A stretch of DNA of 43,541 nt from Candidatus Agathobaculum merdigallinarum. Lineage in GTDB: Bacteria > Bacillota > Clostridia > Oscillospirales > Butyricicoccaceae. Position numbers and translations under genes: made by a program. The stretch is from positions 1-43,541 of the forward strand of contig DXDO01000129.1 of the NCBI GenBank assembly GCA_019115425.1, given 5' to 3'. This document shows positions 9,090 through 18,176 of the stretch, in pieces; the stretch's first letter is position 1, and every line of letters begins with the position of its first letter. Below the pieces are notes generated by a model. The model did no database searches, was not told where the DNA came from, and saw only the letters and a list, made by a program, of their open reading frames with translations.

Positions 9090-9958
9090 TGCTTCAAATC
9101 CTTTACGCTTTCATACAGTTTGACGTAGCTGTCGTGACGGGTTTTTGCAATTTCACCCGCCTCGACCGCAGCGCGCACCGCGCAGCCCTTTTCCTTGACA
9201 TGCGCGCAGCCGGTGAATTTGCACTGCCCAATGTAAGGCGCAAATTCCGGAAACGCATATTGCAGATCCTCCGCGAGCACGAGATCCATCTGCTCGGTAT
9301 CGAACGAGGAAAAGCCCGGCGTGTCCGCGATGTATCCGCCGCCCTCGATGGGGTGCAGCTCAACATGCCGCGTGGTGTGCCTGCCCCTGCCGATACGGTC
9401 CGAGATCGCGCCGACCGCCGCCCCGAACTGCGGGTCGATGCGGTTGAGCACGCTCGACTTGCCCACGCCCGAGTTGCCCGCGAATGCGGACACCTTACCG
9501 CGGATGCGCGCCTTCAGCTCGTCAATGCCGTCGCCGGTCAGCGCGCTGACACGCAACGTATCGATGCCGCTTTTGCGGTAGGTCTCATACAGCTCGTCCC
9601 CCGGGTTCTCATCGGTCTTGTTGATGACGACCAGCACGTCCATGTCCTTGTGCACCGCGATCGCCGTGACGCGGTCGATCAAAAACGGGTCGGTCACCGG
9701 CGGGGCGGCCGACGCGACCGCGACCAGCAGGTCAAGGTTCGCGACCGCCGGACGCACCAGACTGTTTTTGCGCGGCGCGATGTCCAGCAGGTAGCCCGTG
9801 CCGTCCTCGGACTGGATCTCCAGCGTCACGCGGTCTCCTACGATCGGCTTGCCCACGGTTTTGCGGAAGCGCCCGCGCGCCTTACATTCGATCAGGCCGT
9901 CGGCGGTATCCACATAGTAGAAGCCGCCGATGCCCTTGAGAATGATCCCTTCGGTCAA
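9059..9958 (-). CDS. rsgA: Ribosome small subunit-dependent GTPase A
   Basis: N-terminal OB fold, NKTD, GNSGVGKSS, GRHTTR, DTPGF and C-terminal CKFTGCAH..E.GC zinc finger; TTG start at 9958 after AGAGAGGT; 299 aa. Confidence 0.96.
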   Translation of the reverse strand: MTEGIILKGIGGFYYVDTADGLIECKARGRFRKTVGKPIVGDRVTLEIQSEDGTGYLLDIAPRKNSLVRPAVANLDLLVAVASAAPPVTDPFLIDRVTAIAVHKDMDVLVVINKTDENPGDELYETYRKSGIDTLRVSALTGDGIDELKARIRGKVSAFAGNSGVGKSSVLNRIDPQFGAAVGAISDRIGRGRHTTRHVELHPIEGGGYIADTPGFSSFDTEQMDLVLAEDLQYAFPEFAPYIGQCKFTGCAHVKEKGCAVRAAVEAGEIAKTRHDSYVKLYESVKDLKQWELTKGGTR

Positions 9959-9974
9959 AAAATCTACCTCTCTG

Positions 9975-11939
9975 TCAACTGAACGTATAGATCTGGGTCG
10001 TGCTGCTGCCATCGACGCTGACCGTGACCTCATGCTCGCCCACGGTGCCGGTAACCGGCACAGAAATGCTGCCGAGGCTGGTTTCGTGCGTCTGGTCATA
10101 CTGCACCACACCGTCCACCGAGATAACGACATGCGCCATATCTGTGCTGTCCGGCAGTACGACCGGAATGGTCGCCGAGCCCTGCTGGGGCACGGTCGGC
10201 TCTTCCTCGCCGCCGGTATTCCCGCTGTCCGGGGGATTATCGTCATCCGTCGTCTCCGGCGGGCGCTGCGTGATCCCCTTGGAGATCTGAATATTGATCG
10301 TCGTACCCTGATTTACTTCAACGTCAGGGTCGGTGGACTGCCATACCACTGTGCCGACTGCGGCCTGGTTTTCCACCGAATCGACCGAGCCAAGCGACAG
10401 TCCGCGCTCGGTGAGCGCCTGCCGCGCCCCGTCCTCGGTCATGCCGTACAAACTCGGCACGGCCACCGTCTTGGTCTCCTTGCCCTTGCTGACGTAGATG
10501 GTCAGCGACGCCCCCGGCTCGAGCTCAGTGCCGACGCCCGGGTCCGTGCGGATGACAAGCCCCGCTTCCACCTGGTCGCTGTATTCTTCCTGCGTCTTAT
10601 AGCTGATGCTGTGCGCATCCAGCATCGTGGTCACGTAATCCAGCGAGCGGCCCGCGAAGTCGATCACCTTATACGTGTTGCTGACGTTTTCACCGCCGGC
10701 GGATACCGTCAATGTGATGACCGTTCCCTTGGTGACCTCGGTCGTCGCGGCGATATCCTGATAAAGGATCTCACCCGCCTGCCGGTCGGACTCGATACGC
10801 TCGTCCGCTTCCCTGATGGTGAAATTATCGGTATAGGTCGGGTCCGCCATCACTTCGTCGATCATCATGCCGAGAAACTGGGGAACCACTACCTTTTCGC
10901 TGTTACTGCTGCCGGTTGCAAACAGGATGCCCATCACAAGCAGGGCGATCACCGCCACCACAGCCACCGCGATGCCCGCGGCAAGCCCGGGCCGCTCGGC
11001 CAGGCGGTCGAAAAAGCCTTCCGGCTCGCGCACGGCCGTTGCAGTCTCGCGGCCAAGCACCTGCGTTTCACCGGATTCATCCGCTGCGGCGGCATAACCA
11101 AAGCGCAGCTCCGGATTGCCTTTGAGCCGCTCCAAATCGGCATACAGCGTTTCCGCCGATGCGTAGCGCCGGCTGATATTGGCGCTCATCGCGTGCATGA
11201 CGATCTCGTCCAGCCCTCTCGGAATCCCCGGCACCAGTTCGCTGGGCGCGAGCGGCACGGCGTTTAAGTGCTGCATCACCACCTGCAATGCCGTTTCGCC
11301 CTCGAAGGGCAGCTTGCCGGTGAGCATTTCATACATCACAACGCCGAGCGAGTAAATATCCGTCCGGTAGTCGATCTTAGAGCCCTTCGCCTGCTCGGGC
11401 GAGATATAGTGCACCGAGCCGATGGCCTCCTGCACCACGCGGGTCTCCTGCGTGGTGGCAAAGGAGGCAATGCCGAAGTCGGTCAGCTTGGCGGTGCCGT
11501 CGCGCAGGATGATGACATTCTGCGGCTTGATATCCTGATGGATGATGCCGCGGGAGTGCGCATGCACGAGCGCGCGGCAGATCTGCTCTGCAAAGAACAC
11601 GGCTTCCTGCCAGGACAGGCTGCCCTTTTTCTGCAGATATTCCTTGAGGGTAATGCCCTCGATCAGCTCCATGACGATATAGTCCGTTCCGTTTTCACTG
11701 CCGACGTCGTACACGGAGACAATATTATGATGGCTGAGCTTGGCGACCGCCTGAGACTCGATCGAGAACCGCTTGCGGATATCCGGGTCCTTGGCATATT
11801 CGTCCTTCAGAATTTTTACGGCGACATACCGGTTGAGCACATGGCAGCGCGCGCGGTAAACAACAGCCATGCCGCCCACGCCGACCACATCGATGATCTC
11901 ATACCGACCGCCGAGCAGTTTGCCGATATACTTATCCAT
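9975..11939 (-). CDS. pknB: Stk1/PknB/PrkC family PASTA-domain Ser/Thr kinase
   Basis: GVGGMAVV, VAVKIL, HQDIKPQN, DFG, GSVHYISPEQ, a TM helix and three PASTA-like repeats; start 11939; 654 aa. Confidence 0.94.
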   Translation of the reverse strand: MDKYIGKLLGGRYEIIDVVGVGGMAVVYRARCHVLNRYVAVKILKDEYAKDPDIRKRFSIESQAVAKLSHHNIVSVYDVGSENGTDYIVMELIEGITLKEYLQKKGSLSWQEAVFFAEQICRALVHAHSRGIIHQDIKPQNVIILRDGTAKLTDFGIASFATTQETRVVQEAIGSVHYISPEQAKGSKIDYRTDIYSLGVVMYEMLTGKLPFEGETALQVVMQHLNAVPLAPSELVPGIPRGLDEIVMHAMSANISRRYASAETLYADLERLKGNPELRFGYAAAADESGETQVLGRETATAVREPEGFFDRLAERPGLAAGIAVAVVAVIALLVMGILFATGSSNSEKVVVPQFLGMMIDEVMADPTYTDNFTIREADERIESDRQAGEILYQDIAATTEVTKGTVITLTVSAGGENVSNTYKVIDFAGRSLDYVTTMLDAHSISYKTQEEYSDQVEAGLVIRTDPGVGTELEPGASLTIYVSKGKETKTVAVPSLYGMTEDGARQALTERGLSLGSVDSVENQAAVGTVVWQSTDPDVEVNQGTTINIQISKGITQRPPETTDDDNPPDSGNTGGEEEPTVPQQGSATIPVVLPDSTDMAHVVISVDGVVQYDQTHETSLGSISVPVTGTVGEHEVTVSVDGSSTTQIYTFS

Positions 11940-11946
11940 ATGCGCC

Positions 11947-12699
11947 TTACGCCTCCTCTTCCGCGCCGCGGGTGAACAGCGCAACCGTGATATTATCGCG
12001 GCCGCCGCCCTCCAGCGCGAGGGTTAGCAGCGCATCGCCCGCCAGCGCGAGCGTTTTTGCCGTTTTCAGGGTGTCTGCGATCTTCTCATCCTCCGCCATG
12101 CCGGTCAGTCCATCCGAACACAGCAGCAGCACTTCGTCCTCGCCGAGCCGCACCTCAAACAGATCGCCTTCGACCACCGGTTCCACGCCGACCGCGCGGG
12201 TAATCAGGTTTTTCTGCGGATGCGTGCGCGCGTCTGCCTCGGTGATCCGGCCCTGCCGACGCATCTCCTCGACATAGGAGTGGTCTTCCGTCAGCTGGTG
12301 CAGGCGTGTGCCGTCGAACAGATAGGCGCGGCTGTCGCCCACATTCAGGATCGTCACCTGATCGCCCTGCACGAGCGCCGCAACCAGCGTGGTGCCCATG
12401 CCGCGAAACTCCGGCTGCCGCCCCGCCAGACTGAACACGGTCTCGTTTGCCTCGTCCAGCGCGCGCGTGAGCAGTTCCTGGCGGGTTTTGGCATCCAGCG
12501 CACCGGTCAGAGCGGCCTTGATGGACTCGGTGAATACCTGCGCGGCAAAGCGGCTGGCCACGTTGCCCGCATTCGCGCCGCCCATGCCGTCGCACACGAC
12601 GAGCAGCGCGGTTTTGTTTTCCTCCCGCGCTTCGATCTGATAAATGTCCTGATTGGTCGGGCGCACACGCCCCTTATCGGTCAATCCGAACCATTCCAT
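11947..12699 (-). CDS. stp: Stp1/PrpC family PP2C Ser/Thr phosphatase
   Basis: GRVRPTNQD, VCDGMGG, GMGTT, GDSRAY, CSDGL and GGRDNIT motifs; adjacent to the kinase. Confidence 0.95.
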   Translation of the reverse strand: MEWFGLTDKGRVRPTNQDIYQIEAREENKTALLVVCDGMGGANAGNVASRFAAQVFTESIKAALTGALDAKTRQELLTRALDEANETVFSLAGRQPEFRGMGTTLVAALVQGDQVTILNVGDSRAYLFDGTRLHQLTEDHSYVEEMRRQGRITEADARTHPQKNLITRAVGVEPVVEGDLFEVRLGEDEVLLLCSDGLTGMAEDEKIADTLKTAKTLALAGDALLTLALEGGGRDNITVALFTRGAEEEA

Positions 12700-12784
12700 A
12701 GCTACACCTCCGTGTGTTTAGAGGAATTCCCGCCCCCTGCAGAGCAGGGCTTGGGGCAGGCAGACGGCAAAGCCGTCCGCGCTT

Positions 12785-13828
12785 TTATATCATCTGGGCC
12801 GCGTCCTCCCGCAGCTGCCGCTGGCGGAGCTGTCCGCACGCCGCGTCGATATCCGGTCCGAGCTTGCGGCGCACGGTCGCGGTTACGCCGCGCTTTTGCA
12901 GCGCCTGCTGGAAGCGGCGCACGGTCTCCGGCCGCGAGGGTCTGAGCGGGCTTTCCGCCACCTCATTGAGCGGGATCAGATTGACATGCGCCGGACGGCC
13001 GCGCAGCAGCTTTGCAAGCTGTTCCGCCTGCCAGGGGCGGTCGGTCTTGTCCCGCGCCATCATGTACTCATAGGAAATGCGGCGGCCTGTCGTATCGAAA
13101 TAGTACCGGCACGCGCGCATCAGCCGCTCGACCGGATAGGCGTCGTTTACCGGCATGATGGAGGAGCGGGTTTCGTCGTCCGGCGCGTGCAGGGAGACGG
13201 ACAGCGTGATCTGCAGTTTCTCCTCCGCTAACTTCTCTATTTTATCAGCAATTCCACTCGTTGACAAGGAAATATGCCGCTGTCCGATGTTGATGCCCTC
13301 GGGACAGCTGACCAGATGCAGGAATTTCAGCACGTTGTCGTAGTTATCGAGCGGCTCCCCCGTGCCCATCAGCACAATGCTCGACACCTTTTCACCGCTG
13401 TCCTTCTGCATAAACAGGATCTCATCCAATATTTCGCCCGCGGACAGGTCCCGTTTTTTCCCGTTCAGGCCGGAAGCGCAGAATTTGCACCCCATCCGGC
13501 AGCCGACCTGCGTGGATACGCAGACCGATACGCCGTGCTCATAGTGCATGAGCACAGATTCCACACAGCTGCCGTCCTGCAGCCGCCACAGGTATTTGAC
13601 CGTACCGTCGACCCTGCTCACCTGCTTGCGCGCGATGTCGGGCACGGTCAGGATAAACCGCTCCGAGAGCCGCTGCCGCAGGTCTTTGGACAGGTTGGAC
13701 ATCTCTTCAAAGGACGTAACGCCCCCGTGAAGCCATTGGAAGATCTGTCCCGCGCGGAAGGGTTTCTCGCCCATGTCCTTGAGCGCCGCTTTGAGTTCTT
13801 CGATTGTCAGGGATTTGATCTCTGTCAT
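12785..13828 (-). CDS. rlmN: 23S rRNA m2A2503/tRNA methyltransferase RlmN (radical SAM)
   Basis: CRMGCKFC radical-SAM motif, MGTGEP, SLHA and IDAACGQL; start 13828 after AAGGAG; 347 aa. Confidence 0.96.
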   Translation of the reverse strand: MTEIKSLTIEELKAALKDMGEKPFRAGQIFQWLHGGVTSFEEMSNLSKDLRQRLSERFILTVPDIARKQVSRVDGTVKYLWRLQDGSCVESVLMHYEHGVSVCVSTQVGCRMGCKFCASGLNGKKRDLSAGEILDEILFMQKDSGEKVSSIVLMGTGEPLDNYDNVLKFLHLVSCPEGINIGQRHISLSTSGIADKIEKLAEEKLQITLSVSLHAPDDETRSSIMPVNDAYPVERLMRACRYYFDTTGRRISYEYMMARDKTDRPWQAEQLAKLLRGRPAHVNLIPLNEVAESPLRPSRPETVRRFQQALQKRGVTATVRRKLGPDIDAACGQLRQRQLREDAAQMI

Positions 13829-13875
13829 GGTTTTCTCCTTGCTGGAAAATCGGACGCAGGCGCGCACCGCGCGCC

Positions 13876-15225
13876 CTACGCCTTCCGCCGCATTTTAGCG
13901 ATAAAAAATCCGTCCGTGTCATGTATCGGCGGCAGCAGGGTGACCATGCCGTCCTCCCGCGCGCCGCATACGGGATGCGTCCACGGAACCGCTTCAAAAT
14001 CCGTGCTTTCCGCCAGAAACGCGCAGACCACGTCCTCGTTTTCGCGCCGCAGGATCGTACAGGTCGAGTACACCAGCGTGCCGCCCGGCCTCACATACTG
14101 CGCGCAGTTTTTTAGGATCTTTTGCTGCAAAGCGGGCAGCTGCTCGATCTCGTTCAGGTCTTTGTAACGAATCTCCGGCTTTTTGCGGATGATGCCCAGC
14201 CCCGAACACGGCACGTCGCACAATACGACGTCCGCGCTGCCTGCCCATTCCGCGTGGAACACGGCTGCGTCCTGCAAAGCCGTCCGGATATTGGGCAGTC
14301 CCAGCCGCGATGCGCCCTCTTTGATACGCCCCAGCTTATGTTCATATATATCGCAGGACGTCACGCTGCCCCTGCCCCGCATGCGCTCGGCCATGGCAAA
14401 GCTCTTGCCGCCGGGCGCGGCGCAGCAGTCGAGCACCGTATCCCCCGGCTGGGGATCGGCCACCGCAGCGGCCAGCGCGCTCGCCGCGTCCTGTATGGTG
14501 ATCCTGCCCTCCGCGAAAGCAGGCAGCGCGGCCGCGTTCCCGCCCTCGCACAGCAATATTTCCGGAAACGCACGGTGCGGCGTAACCGTCAGCCCCTCGG
14601 CTTCGAGTTCTGCCTGCATTTCCGCAGGCGTTGTTTTCATCGTGTTGACGCGCACCGAGATGGGCGCGTCCGCATTGTCCGCCTGACAGATGCGCTCGGC
14701 CATTTTCCGGCCGAACTGCTCAGACCACAGCCGCACGAGCCACTCCGGATGGCTGTATTTGAGAGAATAGTAGCTTTCCTTATCCGGACAGTCGAGCACC
14801 GGCAATCTGTCCTGCTGCACGGCCTGCGCCGCGCTCCGCAGCACCGCATTGGCAAATGCGACCGTGCGGTCGTTGGCGTGGCAGTACCGCCGCACCAGCG
14901 CAACGGTTTCCGCGACCGCGGCATGCGCCGGAATTTTATCCATCAGGATCAGCTGATACAGGCCCATGCGCAGACAGGTAAGCACACGCGGCGCAATTTT
15001 TTTCAGCCGCACGCTGGAAAAATGCCGCAGATACCAGTCGAGCAGCAACTCATTCTGCACCGTGCCATAGGTCAGGCGGGACGCGAGCGCCGCGTCTCGG
15101 CCGTCCAGTCCCGCGCGCTCCAGATAGTGATGCAGCGCGCCGTCCGACCACGCGCCCTCCTCGGCCATGGAAAACAGCGAAAACGCCGCCACCTCGCGCG
15201 GCGTGCGCGGGCGCTTACCGATCAT
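13876..15225 (-). CDS. rsmB: 16S rRNA m5C967 methyltransferase RsmB/Sun
   Basis: NusB-like N-terminus, DCCAAPGGKS, DVPCSGLG and YSTCT; start 15225; 449 aa. Confidence 0.96.
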   Translation of the reverse strand: MIGKRPRTPREVAAFSLFSMAEEGAWSDGALHHYLERAGLDGRDAALASRLTYGTVQNELLLDWYLRHFSSVRLKKIAPRVLTCLRMGLYQLILMDKIPAHAAVAETVALVRRYCHANDRTVAFANAVLRSAAQAVQQDRLPVLDCPDKESYYSLKYSHPEWLVRLWSEQFGRKMAERICQADNADAPISVRVNTMKTTPAEMQAELEAEGLTVTPHRAFPEILLCEGGNAAALPAFAEGRITIQDAASALAAAVADPQPGDTVLDCCAAPGGKSFAMAERMRGRGSVTSCDIYEHKLGRIKEGASRLGLPNIRTALQDAAVFHAEWAGSADVVLCDVPCSGLGIIRKKPEIRYKDLNEIEQLPALQQKILKNCAQYVRPGGTLVYSTCTILRRENEDVVCAFLAESTDFEAVPWTHPVCGAREDGMVTLLPPIHDTDGFFIAKMRRKA

Positions 15226-15925
15226 CGCGTCCCCGTCCTCCGAACAGCAGAAGCAGACGCAGAAGCTGCGCGAGCGACACCGCAAGCGCCGCAAAATAGG
15301 TCATCGCGGCGGCGGTCAGCGTTTTTTTCGCCATTGGGTATTCCTCCGGTGTCAACAAGCCGCCCTGCTCGAACGCCGCGAGCGCGCGGTTTGACGCATT
15401 GACCTCCACCGGCAGGGTGACCAGCTGGAACACGGTCGAGAGCGCAAACGCCCAGATGCCGATATCGATCAAAATGCCCGAGTTCATGAACAGACCCAGA
15501 ATGATGAGCGGAAGCGCCGCCGCTGAGCCGAACTGCGTCACCGGAATGATGGCCGCGCGCAGGCGGATGGGAAAGTATCCGACCGCATACTGCACCGCGT
15601 GCCCTGCCTCGTGCGCAGCCACACCGACGGATGCGACCGAAGTCGAGGAATACACCGCGTTTGACAGGCGGATGGTGTTAGTGCGCGGGTCAAAATGGTC
15701 GTTCAGCTTACCCGCGACCCACTCGATGCGCACACCGGTCACGCCGTTTTGCCGCAGCACGGCTTCGGCCGCCTGCGCGCCGGTCAGGCCGCGGCGGTTG
15801 AGCACCTGTTCATAGCGGTTAAATGTGCTTTTGACCTTGGCCTGCGCCCAGAGCGCCAGAATGATGCAGGGGATGACCAGCACAATATAGTAAATATCAA
15901 CGCGGTAAAAACCGAAATAAGGCAT
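15215..15925 (-). CDS. Membrane zinc metallopeptidase (YugP-like)
   Basis: DHFDP, AAHEAGHAVQ (HExxH), TLPVE.NASNRA and AAAMTY; usual position between fmt and rsmB in Clostridia. Confidence 0.9.
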   Translation of the reverse strand: MPYFGFYRVDIYYIVLVIPCIILALWAQAKVKSTFNRYEQVLNRRGLTGAQAAEAVLRQNGVTGVRIEWVAGKLNDHFDPRTNTIRLSNAVYSSTSVASVGVAAHEAGHAVQYAVGYFPIRLRAAIIPVTQFGSAAALPLIILGLFMNSGILIDIGIWAFALSTVFQLVTLPVEVNASNRALAAFEQGGLLTPEEYPMAKKTLTAAAMTYFAALAVSLAQLLRLLLLFGGRGRDDR

Positions 15926-15938
15926 AGTCTACTCCTTT

Positions 15939-16862
15939 TTACTCGCCCAAAATGGTTCCTGTTTCGATGGCATGACCGCGCAGAAAATCCGCGCTCTTCA
16001 TGCGCTTGCCGCCGACGAGCTGCACCTCACGCAGCGCGAGCGCGCCCTCGCCGCACGCAACGACAAGGCCCTTTTTCGGGTCGCTCACAAGCACTTCGCC
16101 CTGCCTGGCTGTGCCGGAAACCGGCTCAGCGGCGTAGATCTTGAGCCGCGCACCGGCGAGCGTGGTCAGCGCGACCGGCCACGGGTTCAGCCCGCGGATC
16201 AGGCAGTCGATCTCATGCGCGGATTTGGCCCAGTCGATGACCGCCATCTGCTTATCCAGCATGTGCGCGTAGCAGCTCTGGCTGTCGTCCTGCGGCTGGG
16301 GCGTGATGCCGTCCAGCGTTTCCAGCGTTTCCAGCAGCAGTTTCGCGCCCGCCTGCGCGAGCCGGTCGAACAGCTCGCCCGCGGTTTCCCGCGCGCCGAT
16401 CTCGGTCTCGTAAGTCAGCAGCATGTCGCCCGTGTCCAGTCCCTCGGCCATCTGCATGGTGGTCACGCCAGCCTTTTGGTCGCCCGCAATGACCGACCAC
16501 TGGATGGGCGCCGCGCCGCGCCAGCGCGGCAGCAGCGAGCCGTGGACGTTGATACATCCGCGCGGCGGGATGTCGAGCACCGCTTTCGGCAGCAGCTTGC
16601 CGTACGCCACGACGATGATGACCTCGGGCGCGAGCGCGCGCAGTTTTTCCTGCTCCTCCTCATTTTTGAGCGTGACAGGCTGGTAAACTGGGATGCCATG
16701 CCGCAAAGCCAGTTCCTTGACCGGCGGCGCGGTCAAAACCTGCTTGCGGCCCTGCGGCTTGTCGGGCTGAGTATACACCGCGCACACCTCATGTCCCGCG
16801 TCAATAAGCGCCTGTAAGCTCGGCACGGCGAAATCCGGCGTGCCCATGAATACGATTTTCAT
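15939..16862 (-). CDS. fmt: Methionyl-tRNA formyltransferase
   Basis: MKIVFMGTPDFA and NVHGSLLPRWRGAAPI; ATGA overlap with def; 307 aa. Confidence 0.97.
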   Translation of the reverse strand: MKIVFMGTPDFAVPSLQALIDAGHEVCAVYTQPDKPQGRKQVLTAPPVKELALRHGIPVYQPVTLKNEEEQEKLRALAPEVIIVVAYGKLLPKAVLDIPPRGCINVHGSLLPRWRGAAPIQWSVIAGDQKAGVTTMQMAEGLDTGDMLLTYETEIGARETAGELFDRLAQAGAKLLLETLETLDGITPQPQDDSQSCYAHMLDKQMAVIDWAKSAHEIDCLIRGLNPWPVALTTLAGARLKIYAAEPVSGTARQGEVLVSDPKKGLVVACGEGALALREVQLVGGKRMKSADFLRGHAIETGTILGE

Positions 16863-17359
16863 TCCGCGCCTTCCTCTTCGCCGCCCTGCAGTTCTTCCAT
16901 GTCCACATACTCCTCCACCTTTTCGGTGAACAGATGGCCGTCCAGATGCTCGGTCTCGTGGCAGAAGCACTGCGCGACAACGCCCTCGCCCTCGCGCTCA
17001 AACCAGTTGCCAAAACGGTCCTGCGCGCGGATCTTGGCCCAGGTCGGGCGGGTGACATAACCGTACACGCCCGGCACGGACAGGCAGCCCTCCACAATGC
17101 GCTGCTCGCCGCGCTGCTCGATCACCTCGGGGTTGACCAGCTCGACTACTTCTTCCGGATCCTTGTTGATGTCCAGCAGCACGACCACGCGGCGCAGCAC
17201 GCCGACCTGCGGTGCGGCAAGGCCCACGCCGCCCGAGTTCTCGAGCGTCTCGCGCATATCGTCGATCAGCGTGTGCAGGCGGGCGTCGAATTTCTCCACC
17301 TTGCGGCTGTGCTTGAGAAGCTGTTCGTCCCCTTGCGTCAAAATATTACGAAGTGCCAT
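16859..17359 (-). CDS. def: Peptide deformylase
   Basis: GVGLAAPQVG, EGCLS and HETEHLDG motifs. Confidence 0.97.
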   Translation of the reverse strand: MALRNILTQGDEQLLKHSRKVEKFDARLHTLIDDMRETLENSGGVGLAAPQVGVLRRVVVLLDINKDPEEVVELVNPEVIEQRGEQRIVEGCLSVPGVYGYVTRPTWAKIRAQDRFGNWFEREGEGVVAQCFCHETEHLDGHLFTEKVEEYVDMEELQGGEEEGAE

Positions 17360-17360
17360 G

Positions 17361-17969
17361 TCAATTCATTCCTCCATCATTCAGCATTTCCGTATATCTG
17401 TGTAAGCATTCCTGTATTTTTCGCTTGTCCAGCTGTGGGAAAGAAACCACGGGCTGCGCCGAGCCGTTCCCGCCGAGCCGTTTTTCAAACCAGCCGACAT
17501 CGTGCCAGCTGTCAAACTTCCAGCCCGAGCCGTGCCACACGCCGGCAAGCGAAAAGCCGAGCTTTTGATGCAGCCGCTCGCTTTTCTCATTCGGCAGGGT
17601 GACGCAGCCGTATAAAATGCGCAGATTCTGCATTTCCAGCAGATCGATCAGGCACCGGTACAGCGCCGTTCCCACGCCCTGCCCCTGCGCCGCAGGCGCA
17701 AGGTAGATGGACAGCTCGGCCGCCCAGTCGTACGCCGCGCGCTCGCGGATGCGGTGCGCATAGGCGTAGCCGACGATTTGCCCGCCCCGCTCGCACACGA
17801 GGTAGGGGTGCAAAGCGGCGGTTTCCCCGATGCGCGCGGCGAATTCCTCCGCCGTGGGCACGTCGTATTCAAATGTAATGACCGTATCTTTGATGTACGG
17901 CGCGTAAATGTCCAGCAGAGCGGCCGCGTCGCCCACCGCCGCCCGCCGGATGACAAAGTGTGGTTCCAT
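17361..17969 (-). CDS. GNAT acetyltransferase, phosphinothricin/methionine-sulfoximine acetyltransferase (YncA/MnaT)-like
   Basis: IYAPYI.DTVITFE, GYAYA...RERAAY, QGQGVG, PNEKS..LH..LGF and GWKFDSWHDV; ATG at 17969 after GGAGG; 202 aa. Confidence 0.88.
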   Translation of the reverse strand: MEPHFVIRRAAVGDAAALLDIYAPYIKDTVITFEYDVPTAEEFAARIGETAALHPYLVCERGGQIVGYAYAHRIRERAAYDWAAELSIYLAPAAQGQGVGTALYRCLIDLLEMQNLRILYGCVTLPNEKSERLHQKLGFSLAGVWHGSGWKFDSWHDVGWFEKRLGGNGSAQPVVSFPQLDKRKIQECLHRYTEMLNDGGMN

Positions 17970-17980
17970 ATCTCTTCCTC

Positions 17981-18174
17981 CGCGCCACCGGCGCGCATTT
18001 AATCGCAAAGCAAGATAATTTCTTGCTTTGCATAAAAACGCGCGACATGCGCGTGCGTTTTTATACCAGTGCAAAGCAAAGTGTGCCTGCCAGGCGCGCT
18101 TTGCGCAGCTGGGGGTGTATCCGCACTGTAAGTGCGGTACATCCCTCTCGATTGGAACTGTACGTTCCAATCGA
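17981..18174 (+). repeat. Multi-hairpin dispersed element, copy A
   Basis: Six consecutive hairpins including ATAAAAA-cgcgcg-ACATGCG-cgtgcg-TTTTTAT (18032-18064) and terminal TCGATTGGAAC-tgtac-GTTCCAATCGA (18148-18174); collinear with copies B-E. Confidence 0.85.
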
Positions 18175-18176
18175 AA

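Noticed and set aside
9959-10246. N-terminal extensions given by the ORF track for rsgA (and for pknB, rlmN, rsmB, fmt, gmk, both GNATs, DUF3343, the response regulator and the DHFR gene)
   Set aside because: Downstream starts have clear RBSs and match family N-termini; the extensions overlap neighbouring genes, promoters or repeats.
12730-12782. Two GC-rich hairpins between rlmN and stp
   Set aside because: No similarity to the repeat family and no U-tract; probably ordinary intra-operon mRNA structure.
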